A DNA stretch of 62,272 nt from a bacterium (GTDB lineage Bacteria > Bdellovibrionota_C > UBA2361 > SZUA-149 > JAQTWB01), in contig JAQTWB010000010.1 of the NCBI GenBank assembly GCA_028689495.1, forward strand, positions 1 through 62,272, written 5' to 3'. Position 1 is the first letter of the stretch. Every line of letters begins with the position of its first letter. Below, in pieces: positions 20,363-28,471 of this stretch. A program made the translations under genes and the position numbers. The notes beneath the pieces were generated by a model, which searched no databases, was not told where the DNA came from, and worked only from the letters and a program-made list of their open reading frames with translations.

Positions 20363-21373
20363 TCATAAATACTTTTCTTTATTTTCCTGGCAATGCGTCC
20401 GGACAACATCAACCCAGCGTTCATACCAATGCCAAGACGTGCCAGCCACAAGGGAGCCGTAGCCCTTGACAGTATTTCTTGCGTCAAGAGATTGCCAGAG
20501 TTTTGTGTGATGATGCATTAAAAAGCCCGAATATCCCTCGGATCTCATCAAATCTACAATTTGCTTTGGCAGATACTTCTTCTTTTCGGTCTCTTTGATT
20601 ATTTTGTATTCCTTGTTTACCGCCTCCGCCAAAGCCGAATCGCTTTGTACAAACTCGATAACACGATCCGCCTGGCCTTTATGATTGGCTGTTTTAGGAA
20701 CGAACAATATGCGATAGGCGTAGCGCGGATTTGAGAATTCATCGTCCGACAATTCAGTATCAAAATCTTTAATGTAACCTTGTATGTTAACTGGTAACCC
20801 GGGATGCTCCTCGAGCAGTTCCTTTTGCTCGGTCGAGATCGTTGAAAACTGTAGACTGAACGAGAGATGCCTTTCTATTCCGTTGTTGACCCCGAACAAT
20901 TTTTTGATGTACTCGTTGTAATTCAGTCCGCAGGCCTGAAAACGAGCGCTCAATATATCGTCAATTCGGGTTGTCATTTGGTGTTCAATTTCGTGCCGCA
21001 ACCCTATCAGGAATCTCAGGTTATTGGCCGTATCCTTATCAATAGGACATTTAGCATCATTCAGACAACGCTCAAGCTCCCAGTACTTGTATGCGCCATG
21101 TTTGGTTCTATCGAATTCACGACGTTTACCGCTCTGGCGGCAATATCGATACTCAATTTTTTGATCACGGAAATAGGCGTGAAGCAGATATGTCCAGGCG
21201 ATAATCATCAGCACCACATAAGATTCAGACTTGAAGCCTATGTTAGGGTTGTTAAATATCTGTACTGCTGCAAGAGCAGCCTCTCGAGACTTCTTGAGAA
21301 GTTCGCTCTTGATAGCACCGACACGCCGAAGCCGTTTGCTCATTATGCCGTCTCCTGGACCTTCTGCTGCCAC
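20363..21373 (-). CDS. Hypothetical protein with a HEPN-like Rx4H motif (GLRHEIEH). Cargo module 3, gene b.
   Basis: 336 aa. Predicted helical N-terminal region (AVQIFNNPNIGF...) and RHEIEH matching the HEPN Rx4-6H pattern. No other recognised family. Confidence 0.4.
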   Translation of the reverse strand: MAAEGPGDGIMSKRLRRVGAIKSELLKKSREAALAAVQIFNNPNIGFKSESYVVLMIIAWTYLLHAYFRDQKIEYRYCRQSGKRREFDRTKHGAYKYWELERCLNDAKCPIDKDTANNLRFLIGLRHEIEHQMTTRIDDILSARFQACGLNYNEYIKKLFGVNNGIERHLSFSLQFSTISTEQKELLEEHPGLPVNIQGYIKDFDTELSDDEFSNPRYAYRILFVPKTANHKGQADRVIEFVQSDSALAEAVNKEYKIIKETEKKKYLPKQIVDLMRSEGYSGFLMHHHTKLWQSLDARNTVKGYGSLVAGTSWHWYERWVDVVRTHCQENKEKYL

Positions 21374-22635
21374 GCCAGCACTAGGGCTTTGCTACCCCTA
21401 GCCGCCTCTTGAATAATTGTTGCTAATGCTGCTGTTTCGGCTTTGTGCGTTCCGATATAACCGGAACGGATCAAACTGAGCATGTCGGCTTCTCGGAGAT
21501 AGGTTCCATCCAACGCTTTGTAACTGAGACGAACGCCACCCTTAGGGCCTCTGGCCTCAGGGGCAGCAAGGATCTGGTTCAGATGGTCGAGAGAGACAAG
21601 AAACGATTGATGCGTATCGTCTACGATCTTGCGCTTCACAAATTTGAAGAAAAATGGATTGCGGCTCAGCCTGTAGTCACTCAAAGAACCATCAAAGTCA
21701 GGAAGTCTCATGCGGGCAATTTCATCGCGCAACTGCTTGTCAGGACGAAACAACCAATCACGGTTTTCACTCTCTTGCTTGTCTTCCTCAAGCATCTTGT
21801 ACTGGAGCATAACAATATTGCCCCGGGTTTCGTTGATGTAGATGAGGTCAACGCCCAGCATCTGCTCCAAGGGCAATTTGTTAGCGGTGTAAATCACCAG
21901 CCGTTCGTCAGCCCTTTGAAAGACGGCTCGCCCGGTCACATCAGCGGAGATCGCATCGAATCCGGGGAAGCGCAATGAATCCGAATGCACTACGTTGTCC
22001 TCAAAGAGGTGAGCTCCGATAAGACCAAGACCAGATGATGCGCCCTTCTTGAGGGTAACCTGATCCGGTATGGCACTGCCCCGAATTCCAAAAGCTGCCA
22101 TTGCCGACTTAATGGCATCCTCCTGTGCCCAGAAGGTGTTCGTCACGCGCCTCAACCGTGGCAAAAGGGAAAGAGCTGTATCCAGGGCAGATTGATTGTC
22201 GGAATCCGCCGCCAGAAGTTCGACCAGACGAACGCTGAGTTTGGGTGAGAGGCTTGTAATCGCTCCTTGAGCAGGTAGTCGTTTGCCCAGCAAACGCTTC
22301 ATTCGCGAATCAGTGAGCAACGCCTCTATCGACTGAAGAGAATTGGGGTTCAAGGCCCGCAGTTTCTTAATAGTTAGACGAGATTCGAAGGTGCTCACCG
22401 CCGCTTTTTTAGTGGCAGTGGCCATATAGCACTTGGTTGAATCACCTTCCTGCATTTCCAGCAAACAAAGCGTTGGCAGCTTGATAGCCAGAAGTACAGA
22501 ATGTGGTTTTACCAAAGTAAGGAGCTCGAACCCATGCTGCAAATTCTGGAAGGATTCAGACATAGCCTCATCGAAGCGAATCAAGATCAGGGGTTTCTTC
22601 TGAACCCATTTTGCGATCTTGACTGCTGCACTCAT
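21343..22635 (-). CDS. Hypothetical protein. Cargo module 3, gene a.
   Basis: 430-aa ORF. Its ATG overlaps the stop of the preceding junction duplicate (ATGA). No confident domain. A weak D...E.K pattern (GVDLIYINETRGNIVMLQYK) is noted only. Confidence 0.4.
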   Translation of the reverse strand: MSAAVKIAKWVQKKPLILIRFDEAMSESFQNLQHGFELLTLVKPHSVLLAIKLPTLCLLEMQEGDSTKCYMATATKKAAVSTFESRLTIKKLRALNPNSLQSIEALLTDSRMKRLLGKRLPAQGAITSLSPKLSVRLVELLAADSDNQSALDTALSLLPRLRRVTNTFWAQEDAIKSAMAAFGIRGSAIPDQVTLKKGASSGLGLIGAHLFEDNVVHSDSLRFPGFDAISADVTGRAVFQRADERLVIYTANKLPLEQMLGVDLIYINETRGNIVMLQYKMLEEDKQESENRDWLFRPDKQLRDEIARMRLPDFDGSLSDYRLSRNPFFFKFVKRKIVDDTHQSFLVSLDHLNQILAAPEARGPKGGVRLSYKALDGTYLREADMLSLIRSGYIGTHKAETAALATIIQEAARGSKALVLAWQQKVQETA

Positions 22636-23141
22636 TCGGCGACCTCCCTTGCAGCGCGTTTTTCCTTCAAACTCGGGTGGTGGTCGTTGATGCGGTCGCC
22701 GTCAAAGACGTGATACCAGGGGGCGGATGCGACGTCCTTGACATAGCAGGCTCTGAGGAAAAATGAACGAAACCAAATAAGATTAAAAAGGTAGCCAGAG
22801 TTTCTAGCTCCGGCATTCGCAACGAACCCAACAAACCGCCGCCGTATCGTAGTGTAGCCAGACCAGGATGGTCTGGCTACCATCGCGCTCGGGCCGTAGG
22901 GGGTTATTGGATTCATCAGCTCAATTCGTGGGGATACCTCAATAGCGGGCCCCGTCCGCTTTTCCGGCGCATAGTCGCCGAGAACCAGCAGTTCCGGCAT
23001 CCCCGCCTGAAGAATGGGAATGACGGCTTCCCACTGTCGCTCACGATCCGACCACAGAATACATGCAGGTGCGACCTGAGCCTCCGGGTTGAAAACTGCG
23101 GCATCGCGAATCAATTTCAGGAGATGATCAAGTACTCTCAT
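22632..23141 (-). pseudogene. Junction duplicate 2. It contains the pglZ 5' end (~200 bp, ~90% identical to 20140-20337), a ~175-bp spacer with palindromic E-elements, and a copy of the pglX 3' end (…VKDVASAPWYHVFDGDRINDHH…).
   Basis: The first 72 aa are nearly identical to the PglZ N-terminus (MRVLDHLLK.IRDAAVFNPEAQVAPACILW.DRERQWEAVIP.LQA..PELL.LGDYAP.KRTGPAI) and then diverge. The 3' 60 bp match the last 60 bp of pglX. Almost identical to 24688-25197. Confidence 0.7.
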
Positions 23142-23144
23142 ACG

Positions 23145-23681
23145 TCACGTTTCCTGTGCACTGTCTATGAGGCCATATGTTGTGGCCAGTGAATCATTAA
23201 TAACAGCTACAGAGACTGGCGAAAGTCCCCAGGTCTTTATTGTCGATCGTAAGGCTTTTAAAAGAGCATCATGCAACGGTGGCAACCATGCATCCTTATG
23301 CCCGTTGATGACCAAAACAAACTTCGCATCCGCTTGTGACAAATCGAGTTTCTTAAATTCATCGGGTAATTCCGAGGCAGCTTGCGGATGCCGTCTAAGA
23401 ATTGCTGCCCATCCCAAAGAAAAAGCATTGACGAGTTTCTCTCGGATTTCGGCAATAAAATCATCAAAGTTCGGCTGAGTTTTAGGGTGGGGCGTGCTGG
23501 ATTTAGCCTCAACAATCCAAATAACTGATTTACCGTTACTTACTTGCAACAGCAGAAATTCCGCCATCTGGACATGATCTTTAATTGCGGCATAGCAATT
23601 ACTCTTTTCTACACGAAAACAATAGCCATCCGGGTAAGGACCAAATGTCATATCAGATTCGATAATAGGTTGGGTCGTCAT
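23145..23681 (-). CDS. Hypothetical 178-aa protein. Cargo module 2, gene b (partner of the ATPase).
   Basis: The ORF overlaps the ATPase gene end by 4 nt. No recognisable motif. Confidence 0.4.
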   Translation of the reverse strand: MTTQPIIESDMTFGPYPDGYCFRVEKSNCYAAIKDHVQMAEFLLLQVSNGKSVIWIVEAKSSTPHPKTQPNFDDFIAEIREKLVNAFSLGWAAILRRHPQAASELPDEFKKLDLSQADAKFVLVINGHKDAWLPPLHDALLKALRSTIKTWGLSPVSVAVINDSLATTYGLIDSAQET

Positions 23682-24691
23682 TTGAGCGTCAACCCCACTT
23701 CTTCTTTATACAGACGAATCGACTCATCGATTATCGGGTTATCAGGCATTCCGCTCTTCAGATCAGAGGTCTCCCATTTATTAGTGGAGGATGAGATAAC
23801 AGGAATGGACACTCCCTTTTCCTGGGCCAGAAGATAGAGCTTTTTCACCACAAAATACGAGTGGCTTGCGAGAAAAAACTGAATGCCGCGCTCCGCCAGT
23901 ACGGCGATAATATCTAGCAACTCGGAGATCGCTGTCGGGTGGAGCGCCGACTCCGGTTCATCAATAAAAACAATCGAGTGGATATCCAGGTAACGGTTAC
24001 TCAGCAAGGTATCCAGAATGGCAATCTTCTTGATGCCTTCCGCTGTTACACCAATAGGAAACTTCTGATTACCCTTTTTAAACTGCCAGCGTCCTGAAAC
24101 TTCATCGTATTCAACTTTGCCGCCAAACATATCTTCCAACCGTTTTCGTGAATCGGAAAATTCCTTAAAATTTTTACCACGCTGTGGCAACTGTCTTAAC
24201 GCGCGAGTTAGATCGAGATACGTATCATCAAAGCCAAATAATTTATCCTGCTCGCGAGATTTAAGAATAATCTGATGCAGCGACAGCACCTCTTTGGCCG
24301 GCAAAAAAATAGAATTGCTGCTTCTAGGTGGGATGTGATTTTCCAGAGATGCGATCTGTTTAGTTGTGTCTTTTCTGAATTTATAGCTGAATCCGTTGCG
24401 CTCAAATTCCATCTCAAAGGACAATGATCCGTCAGCACCTTTTGTCACAAGCTCGCCAATTTTGTCGGCTTGAAAGGTCCAGTATAACTTGTCGGCAAGA
24501 ATCTCTGACGCGGACTTGAGCTCATCACCACGTTTATACTCCTCTATTGTTCGCATTGCGGAATAGAGAGCTTTTAAAAGAAACGTCTTACCTGTACTGT
24601 TGCCTCCTAAAACCAAGTTAATTTTACCTAACTGATTCCAGTGAAGGTCGGTCAAAGGTCCGAAGTTTTTGAGTCCTATCTTGTTAATCAT
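23678..24691 (-). CDS. ABC-type (AAA_21/SMC-like) ATPase. Cargo module 2, gene a.
   Basis: Walker A GGNSTGKTFLLKALY; Walker B/D-loop IVFIDEPESALHP; H-loop LASHS. 337 aa, the compact size of defence-associated minimal ABC ATPases. Its ATG overlaps the upstream stop (ATGA). Confidence 0.7.
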   Translation of the reverse strand: MINKIGLKNFGPLTDLHWNQLGKINLVLGGNSTGKTFLLKALYSAMRTIEEYKRGDELKSASEILADKLYWTFQADKIGELVTKGADGSLSFEMEFERNGFSYKFRKDTTKQIASLENHIPPRSSNSIFLPAKEVLSLHQIILKSREQDKLFGFDDTYLDLTRALRQLPQRGKNFKEFSDSRKRLEDMFGGKVEYDEVSGRWQFKKGNQKFPIGVTAEGIKKIAILDTLLSNRYLDIHSIVFIDEPESALHPTAISELLDIIAVLAERGIQFFLASHSYFVVKKLYLLAQEKGVSIPVISSSTNKWETSDLKSGMPDNPIIDESIRLYKEEVGLTLK

Positions 24692-25197
24692 AACTTCTCT
24701 CCCAAGCTATTCTTTTTATCTTCTAATTTCAGGTGGTGGTCGTTGATGCGGTCGCCGTCAAAGACGTGATACCAGGGTGCAGATTCCACGTCCTTGACAT
24801 AGCAGGCTCTGAGGAAAAATGAACGAAACCAAATAAGATTAAAAAGGTAGCCAGAGTTTCTAGCTCCGGCATTCGCAACGAACCCAACAAACCGCCGCCG
24901 TATCGTAGTGTAGCCAGACCAGGATGGTCTGGCTACCATCGCGCTCGGGCCGTAGGGGGTTATTGGATTCATCAGCTCAATTCGTGGGGATACCTCAATA
25001 GCGGGCCCCGTCCGCTTTTCCGGCGCATAGTCGCCGAGAACCAGCAGTTCCGGCATCCCCGCCTGAAGAATGGGAATGACGGCTTCCCACTGTCGCTCAC
25101 GATCCGACCACAGAATACATGCAGGTGCGACCTGAGCCTCCGGGTTGAAAACTGCGGCATCGCGAACCGCTTTCAGGAGATGATCAAGAACCCTCAT
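24688..25197 (-). pseudogene. Junction duplicate 1: pglZ 5' end, spacer with E-elements, and pglX 3'-end copy (…VKDVESAPWYHVFDGDRINDHH…).
   Basis: As for 22632-23141; the two duplicates are ~98% identical to each other. Confidence 0.7.
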
Positions 25198-25231
25198 GCG
25201 TCACCCGTCTTTGTATTGTTGAAAGTCTCAA

Positions 25232-28200
25232 TCATTCGCCCTCCTGTTCGTTTTCGGCAATAACTCGCCTAGCCTCTCGATCGTATCCCTCCGCCAAACC
25301 TCTTAAGATTGCTGCAAATCGCTGAAACCCTGCATTCTCAACTTTCTCGGCTTTAATTCGGAACTGTTCTGCGAATTCTCTCTCCGGCTTCCCGGTTGGG
25401 TCAACCCAACGAACACCGCGTGAGTTGTATATCCCCGTCCTGAAACCGGCGCGCATATTATCAGCTTCACGGTCATTTAATGCGTCAGCGACAGTGCGGT
25501 GTATCCATAATCCGTCTGGGTGCGGTGGGGTATGAATCAATACTTCGCCAATATTGCTGAGAGCAACTTCCAGGTGGCCGGACTCCGTACAGACTTCTTT
25601 TACCCTCTTGAGCCAGTCTATAAAACTCTCTTCGCTGAACGTTCCATCCTTCTGTGTTCCCGGCGGTGTCTTCCACTGATGCAGTAGCCGCCAGGCGTTT
25701 GCTGCTATCGCCTTTTTCTCCTCAGTGGGGTCTGTCAATGGCGGATCTTCATTTTTGGAACGGTAAATCAATCGAATGACCTCACAAAAGAACTCGGGGT
25801 CATTCGCCAGTCTGCTTTCAAGGAGTTGGGGCGCCGCTCCTCTATGATGGTCGAGCAAGGAAACATACGCCCACTCAACTCTAAAGAGGTCTTCTTCATT
25901 GACTGAAGGCTCTGCCTGAAGAAACTGGATCAATTCGACAATGTCGTGCTCGTCCATAACATAGCGCGGCTCATTGGAGGACAGCGCAGCAAGCAACGCT
26001 CTGACACATTGACTACTATCGATAGGTTGCTTGGCATGGCGCATCTTGTCCAGGCAGCCTATCGCCGCGTGTGGTCTGCCGTATTCAAGGAGCTTCTCAA
26101 CTGCCATCTCAAGATCACCATCAGCCTGATAGGCATTCGCGCCAGTGCGAGTCCAGTATTCTCTCTCTTTCGCCTGAAGCCATTCAGAGGCGCGATCCCA
26201 TGCTCCCCGAATAAACGGCAAACATGCCAGGAACTGTCCTACTTGTTCTGGTGACCAGTCGGATTTATCGATATCGTCGCACCACTCCCAGCCTTTGAGG
26301 AGATGACTCCGCCAGATAAAACCACTCACCAACGCCGTGTGCTTATCGTCCGCGGAATCCAGGAAGTGGGGCAAAAAGGTCCGCTCAATGATTGAGTCGG
26401 CAATAGCGCCAAGCGCGTGCCCTACCTGCCTGGGAGCAGAAACTGATTCGGCAAATCGAATCAAACCCTCCGCACAATCTTGCTGAAAAATTTCCGAAAT
26501 GGCCGTTTCACGTCGGGTATCGAGTTTCTTGCGCTGTTCCTCCCAATCGCCATCTTCTTCATAAAGATCGAAATCGCGATCCGTAAAAAGATGCTGATAT
26601 AAGTTGAACGGGTTGGTGGGGGCGAGTAGCTCAGCAACCTGTTCAATGCGGGTAATCAGCTCATCTGACAATGCCCATTTTGCATCGGAGAACCGGCGGT
26701 GTTTGTTTGTGAATTTTGCAAGATGGTCCCAAATCAAAAGTCGCTGCTCTTCGGGAAGCGCAGCGATGGGTAGGGAAGCAAGAACATCGAGTAGTTGATC
26801 AAAAGCTGATTTAGGCAGGTGATCAAAATGATCAATCAATGCAGAAAGCCTAGCGGTATCTTCACCAGCGGTCTCCACCGCAAGCTCCGCGTAAAAAGTT
26901 GCCTGCTGCCAATATTCTTGCGTCGTCACATCCCCCCAATCATCGGGGATTATCTGACGCCAAATTGGTTTGTGCGACCCAGAGGAAATCTGGCGCTGGC
27001 CGGGTAAAAGCTTATTAATCAAGTTCCATGCTATATCAGGATTCTCACGAAGAATTGTCTGCACTGCGGCTTGGCGCTTTTCAACCCCTGCCAGCGTTTG
27101 CGGAAACCAAGGAAGCAATATAGCGGTGAGCGAATTGAATGGTCGATTGTCCCAATTACCCCCCGGATCATGGCTGGCAAGGTCGGCAAGCGCAACACAA
27201 ACTCGAACGAGATATTGTTCATCCCATGCCAGCCCCTCTAACGCCCAAAGGAGGCCGGTCAGATAATTCCTTCCAAAAATCCCCCCATCCTCCTCATTGA
27301 AGAGGTCTACAAATGGACAAGAACTTTGCTTGAGCGCAAACTCGACCGCATCGAGAAATTGCGTTGGCGCCACTTCGGCCAAGATGGGTAATAAATCGTT
27401 GACGCTTCCCCATCTCTTCCAATCCGCCTCCTCGAAAAGCTCTCTTATAAACGAGGCGCAGATCGTCTCTGTCTTATCGGGCGAACACTGCTTACAAACC
27501 TCGGGGTAACTCCCAATGATGGCTAACCCTTCAGCAATACCCTTTCGCAGGTCCTTGGAGCTTTTTAATACTTTGCCATAAATGCTTGCAGCACTTCTAT
27601 CGTCAGCCGGCAGCTCAAATATGGGATCACTCTCCGTCATGATCCTCAGAGCAATGCTCCTAAAGGTATCGAGATCATTATCCAAAATACGCGACCCCAG
27701 CATCCTCCAAAGCTCAACTCGATTACCAACTTTCCAGATGCCGTTTTTGAGAGACAACGGACTATCAGGGGTGTGCAATATCTCCCGTGCCTTCTTGAGC
27801 CAGGCGTCATAACTGACACCGAGCAGTTCGGTTATTGCCTCACGGTCGCATTCACTCTTTTCGTTCCAGCTACCAATCAGGATTGCTTGTGTCAGACAGG
27901 TGGCGTCTGGGTGATGAGTCCACACACTGGAAATCTCTATTGCTTTTGGATTGGCAGTTATGTTTATATTGTTGACTGCCGCTTTAACCACAATAAGGCA
28001 AATTTCCGCCGTATATCGATCCGGATTAAAGTCCTCTTTCATTTGTTGATATGGATGAATGTAATTACGGAAATTTCTTAAGGTCTGACCGAACTGCTTA
28101 ACATCTTGCCTTACAATTCCAAGATCGTGTGCGACATTAATGAACTGCTCGAGACTCCAGTCTTTAAAGTCTTTGCTCTTTCCTCTCTGATCTTTCGGTG

Positions 28201-28471
28201 ATTGTGTTGATCTATTAAAGTCCGCAGGTTTCTTATTAGCCAATCCAATAAGTAGACCCTCTAATAGAGAGCCACAAAGTATAATGGTTGCCAGGGGCGA
28301 ATGTGGCAAACAACGCTGCGCTTCAATAAAACGTTCCTCAAGAAGACGCACGAGTTTTGGATCTAATAATGAAGATGGAAGAGACAGTTCTTCAACTGCT
28401 TCGGCAGCGTCTTTAGGTACTGGTGCAATTAGAAGGGTGTTCAGCTCTTCTTGCTTCATATTACCACTCAC
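25232..28471 (-). CDS. Large uncharacterised protein (1079 aa) with a possible N-terminal HEPN-like domain. Cargo module 1.
   Basis: The start codon shares its A with the pglX stop. The N-terminal ~170 aa carry GSLLEGLL...RNFRNYIHP (Rx6H). The remainder is W/L-rich and looks helical. No catalytic motif recognised. Confidence 0.5.
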   Translation of the reverse strand: MSGNMKQEELNTLLIAPVPKDAAEAVEELSLPSSLLDPKLVRLLEERFIEAQRCLPHSPLATIILCGSLLEGLLIGLANKKPADFNRSTQSPKDQRGKSKDFKDWSLEQFINVAHDLGIVRQDVKQFGQTLRNFRNYIHPYQQMKEDFNPDRYTAEICLIVVKAAVNNINITANPKAIEISSVWTHHPDATCLTQAILIGSWNEKSECDREAITELLGVSYDAWLKKAREILHTPDSPLSLKNGIWKVGNRVELWRMLGSRILDNDLDTFRSIALRIMTESDPIFELPADDRSAASIYGKVLKSSKDLRKGIAEGLAIIGSYPEVCKQCSPDKTETICASFIRELFEEADWKRWGSVNDLLPILAEVAPTQFLDAVEFALKQSSCPFVDLFNEEDGGIFGRNYLTGLLWALEGLAWDEQYLVRVCVALADLASHDPGGNWDNRPFNSLTAILLPWFPQTLAGVEKRQAAVQTILRENPDIAWNLINKLLPGQRQISSGSHKPIWRQIIPDDWGDVTTQEYWQQATFYAELAVETAGEDTARLSALIDHFDHLPKSAFDQLLDVLASLPIAALPEEQRLLIWDHLAKFTNKHRRFSDAKWALSDELITRIEQVAELLAPTNPFNLYQHLFTDRDFDLYEEDGDWEEQRKKLDTRRETAISEIFQQDCAEGLIRFAESVSAPRQVGHALGAIADSIIERTFLPHFLDSADDKHTALVSGFIWRSHLLKGWEWCDDIDKSDWSPEQVGQFLACLPFIRGAWDRASEWLQAKEREYWTRTGANAYQADGDLEMAVEKLLEYGRPHAAIGCLDKMRHAKQPIDSSQCVRALLAALSSNEPRYVMDEHDIVELIQFLQAEPSVNEEDLFRVEWAYVSLLDHHRGAAPQLLESRLANDPEFFCEVIRLIYRSKNEDPPLTDPTEEKKAIAANAWRLLHQWKTPPGTQKDGTFSEESFIDWLKRVKEVCTESGHLEVALSNIGEVLIHTPPHPDGLWIHRTVADALNDREADNMRAGFRTGIYNSRGVRWVDPTGKPEREFAEQFRIKAEKVENAGFQRFAAILRGLAEGYDREARRVIAENEQEGE

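Noticed and set aside
22632-25197. The two 169-aa ORFs starting MRVLDHLLK… treated as genuine small proteins.
   Set aside because: Only the first ~72 aa resemble PglZ. The rest is read-through of palindromic mini-elements and the pglX-3' copy. They are best treated as duplicated junction DNA rather than genes.
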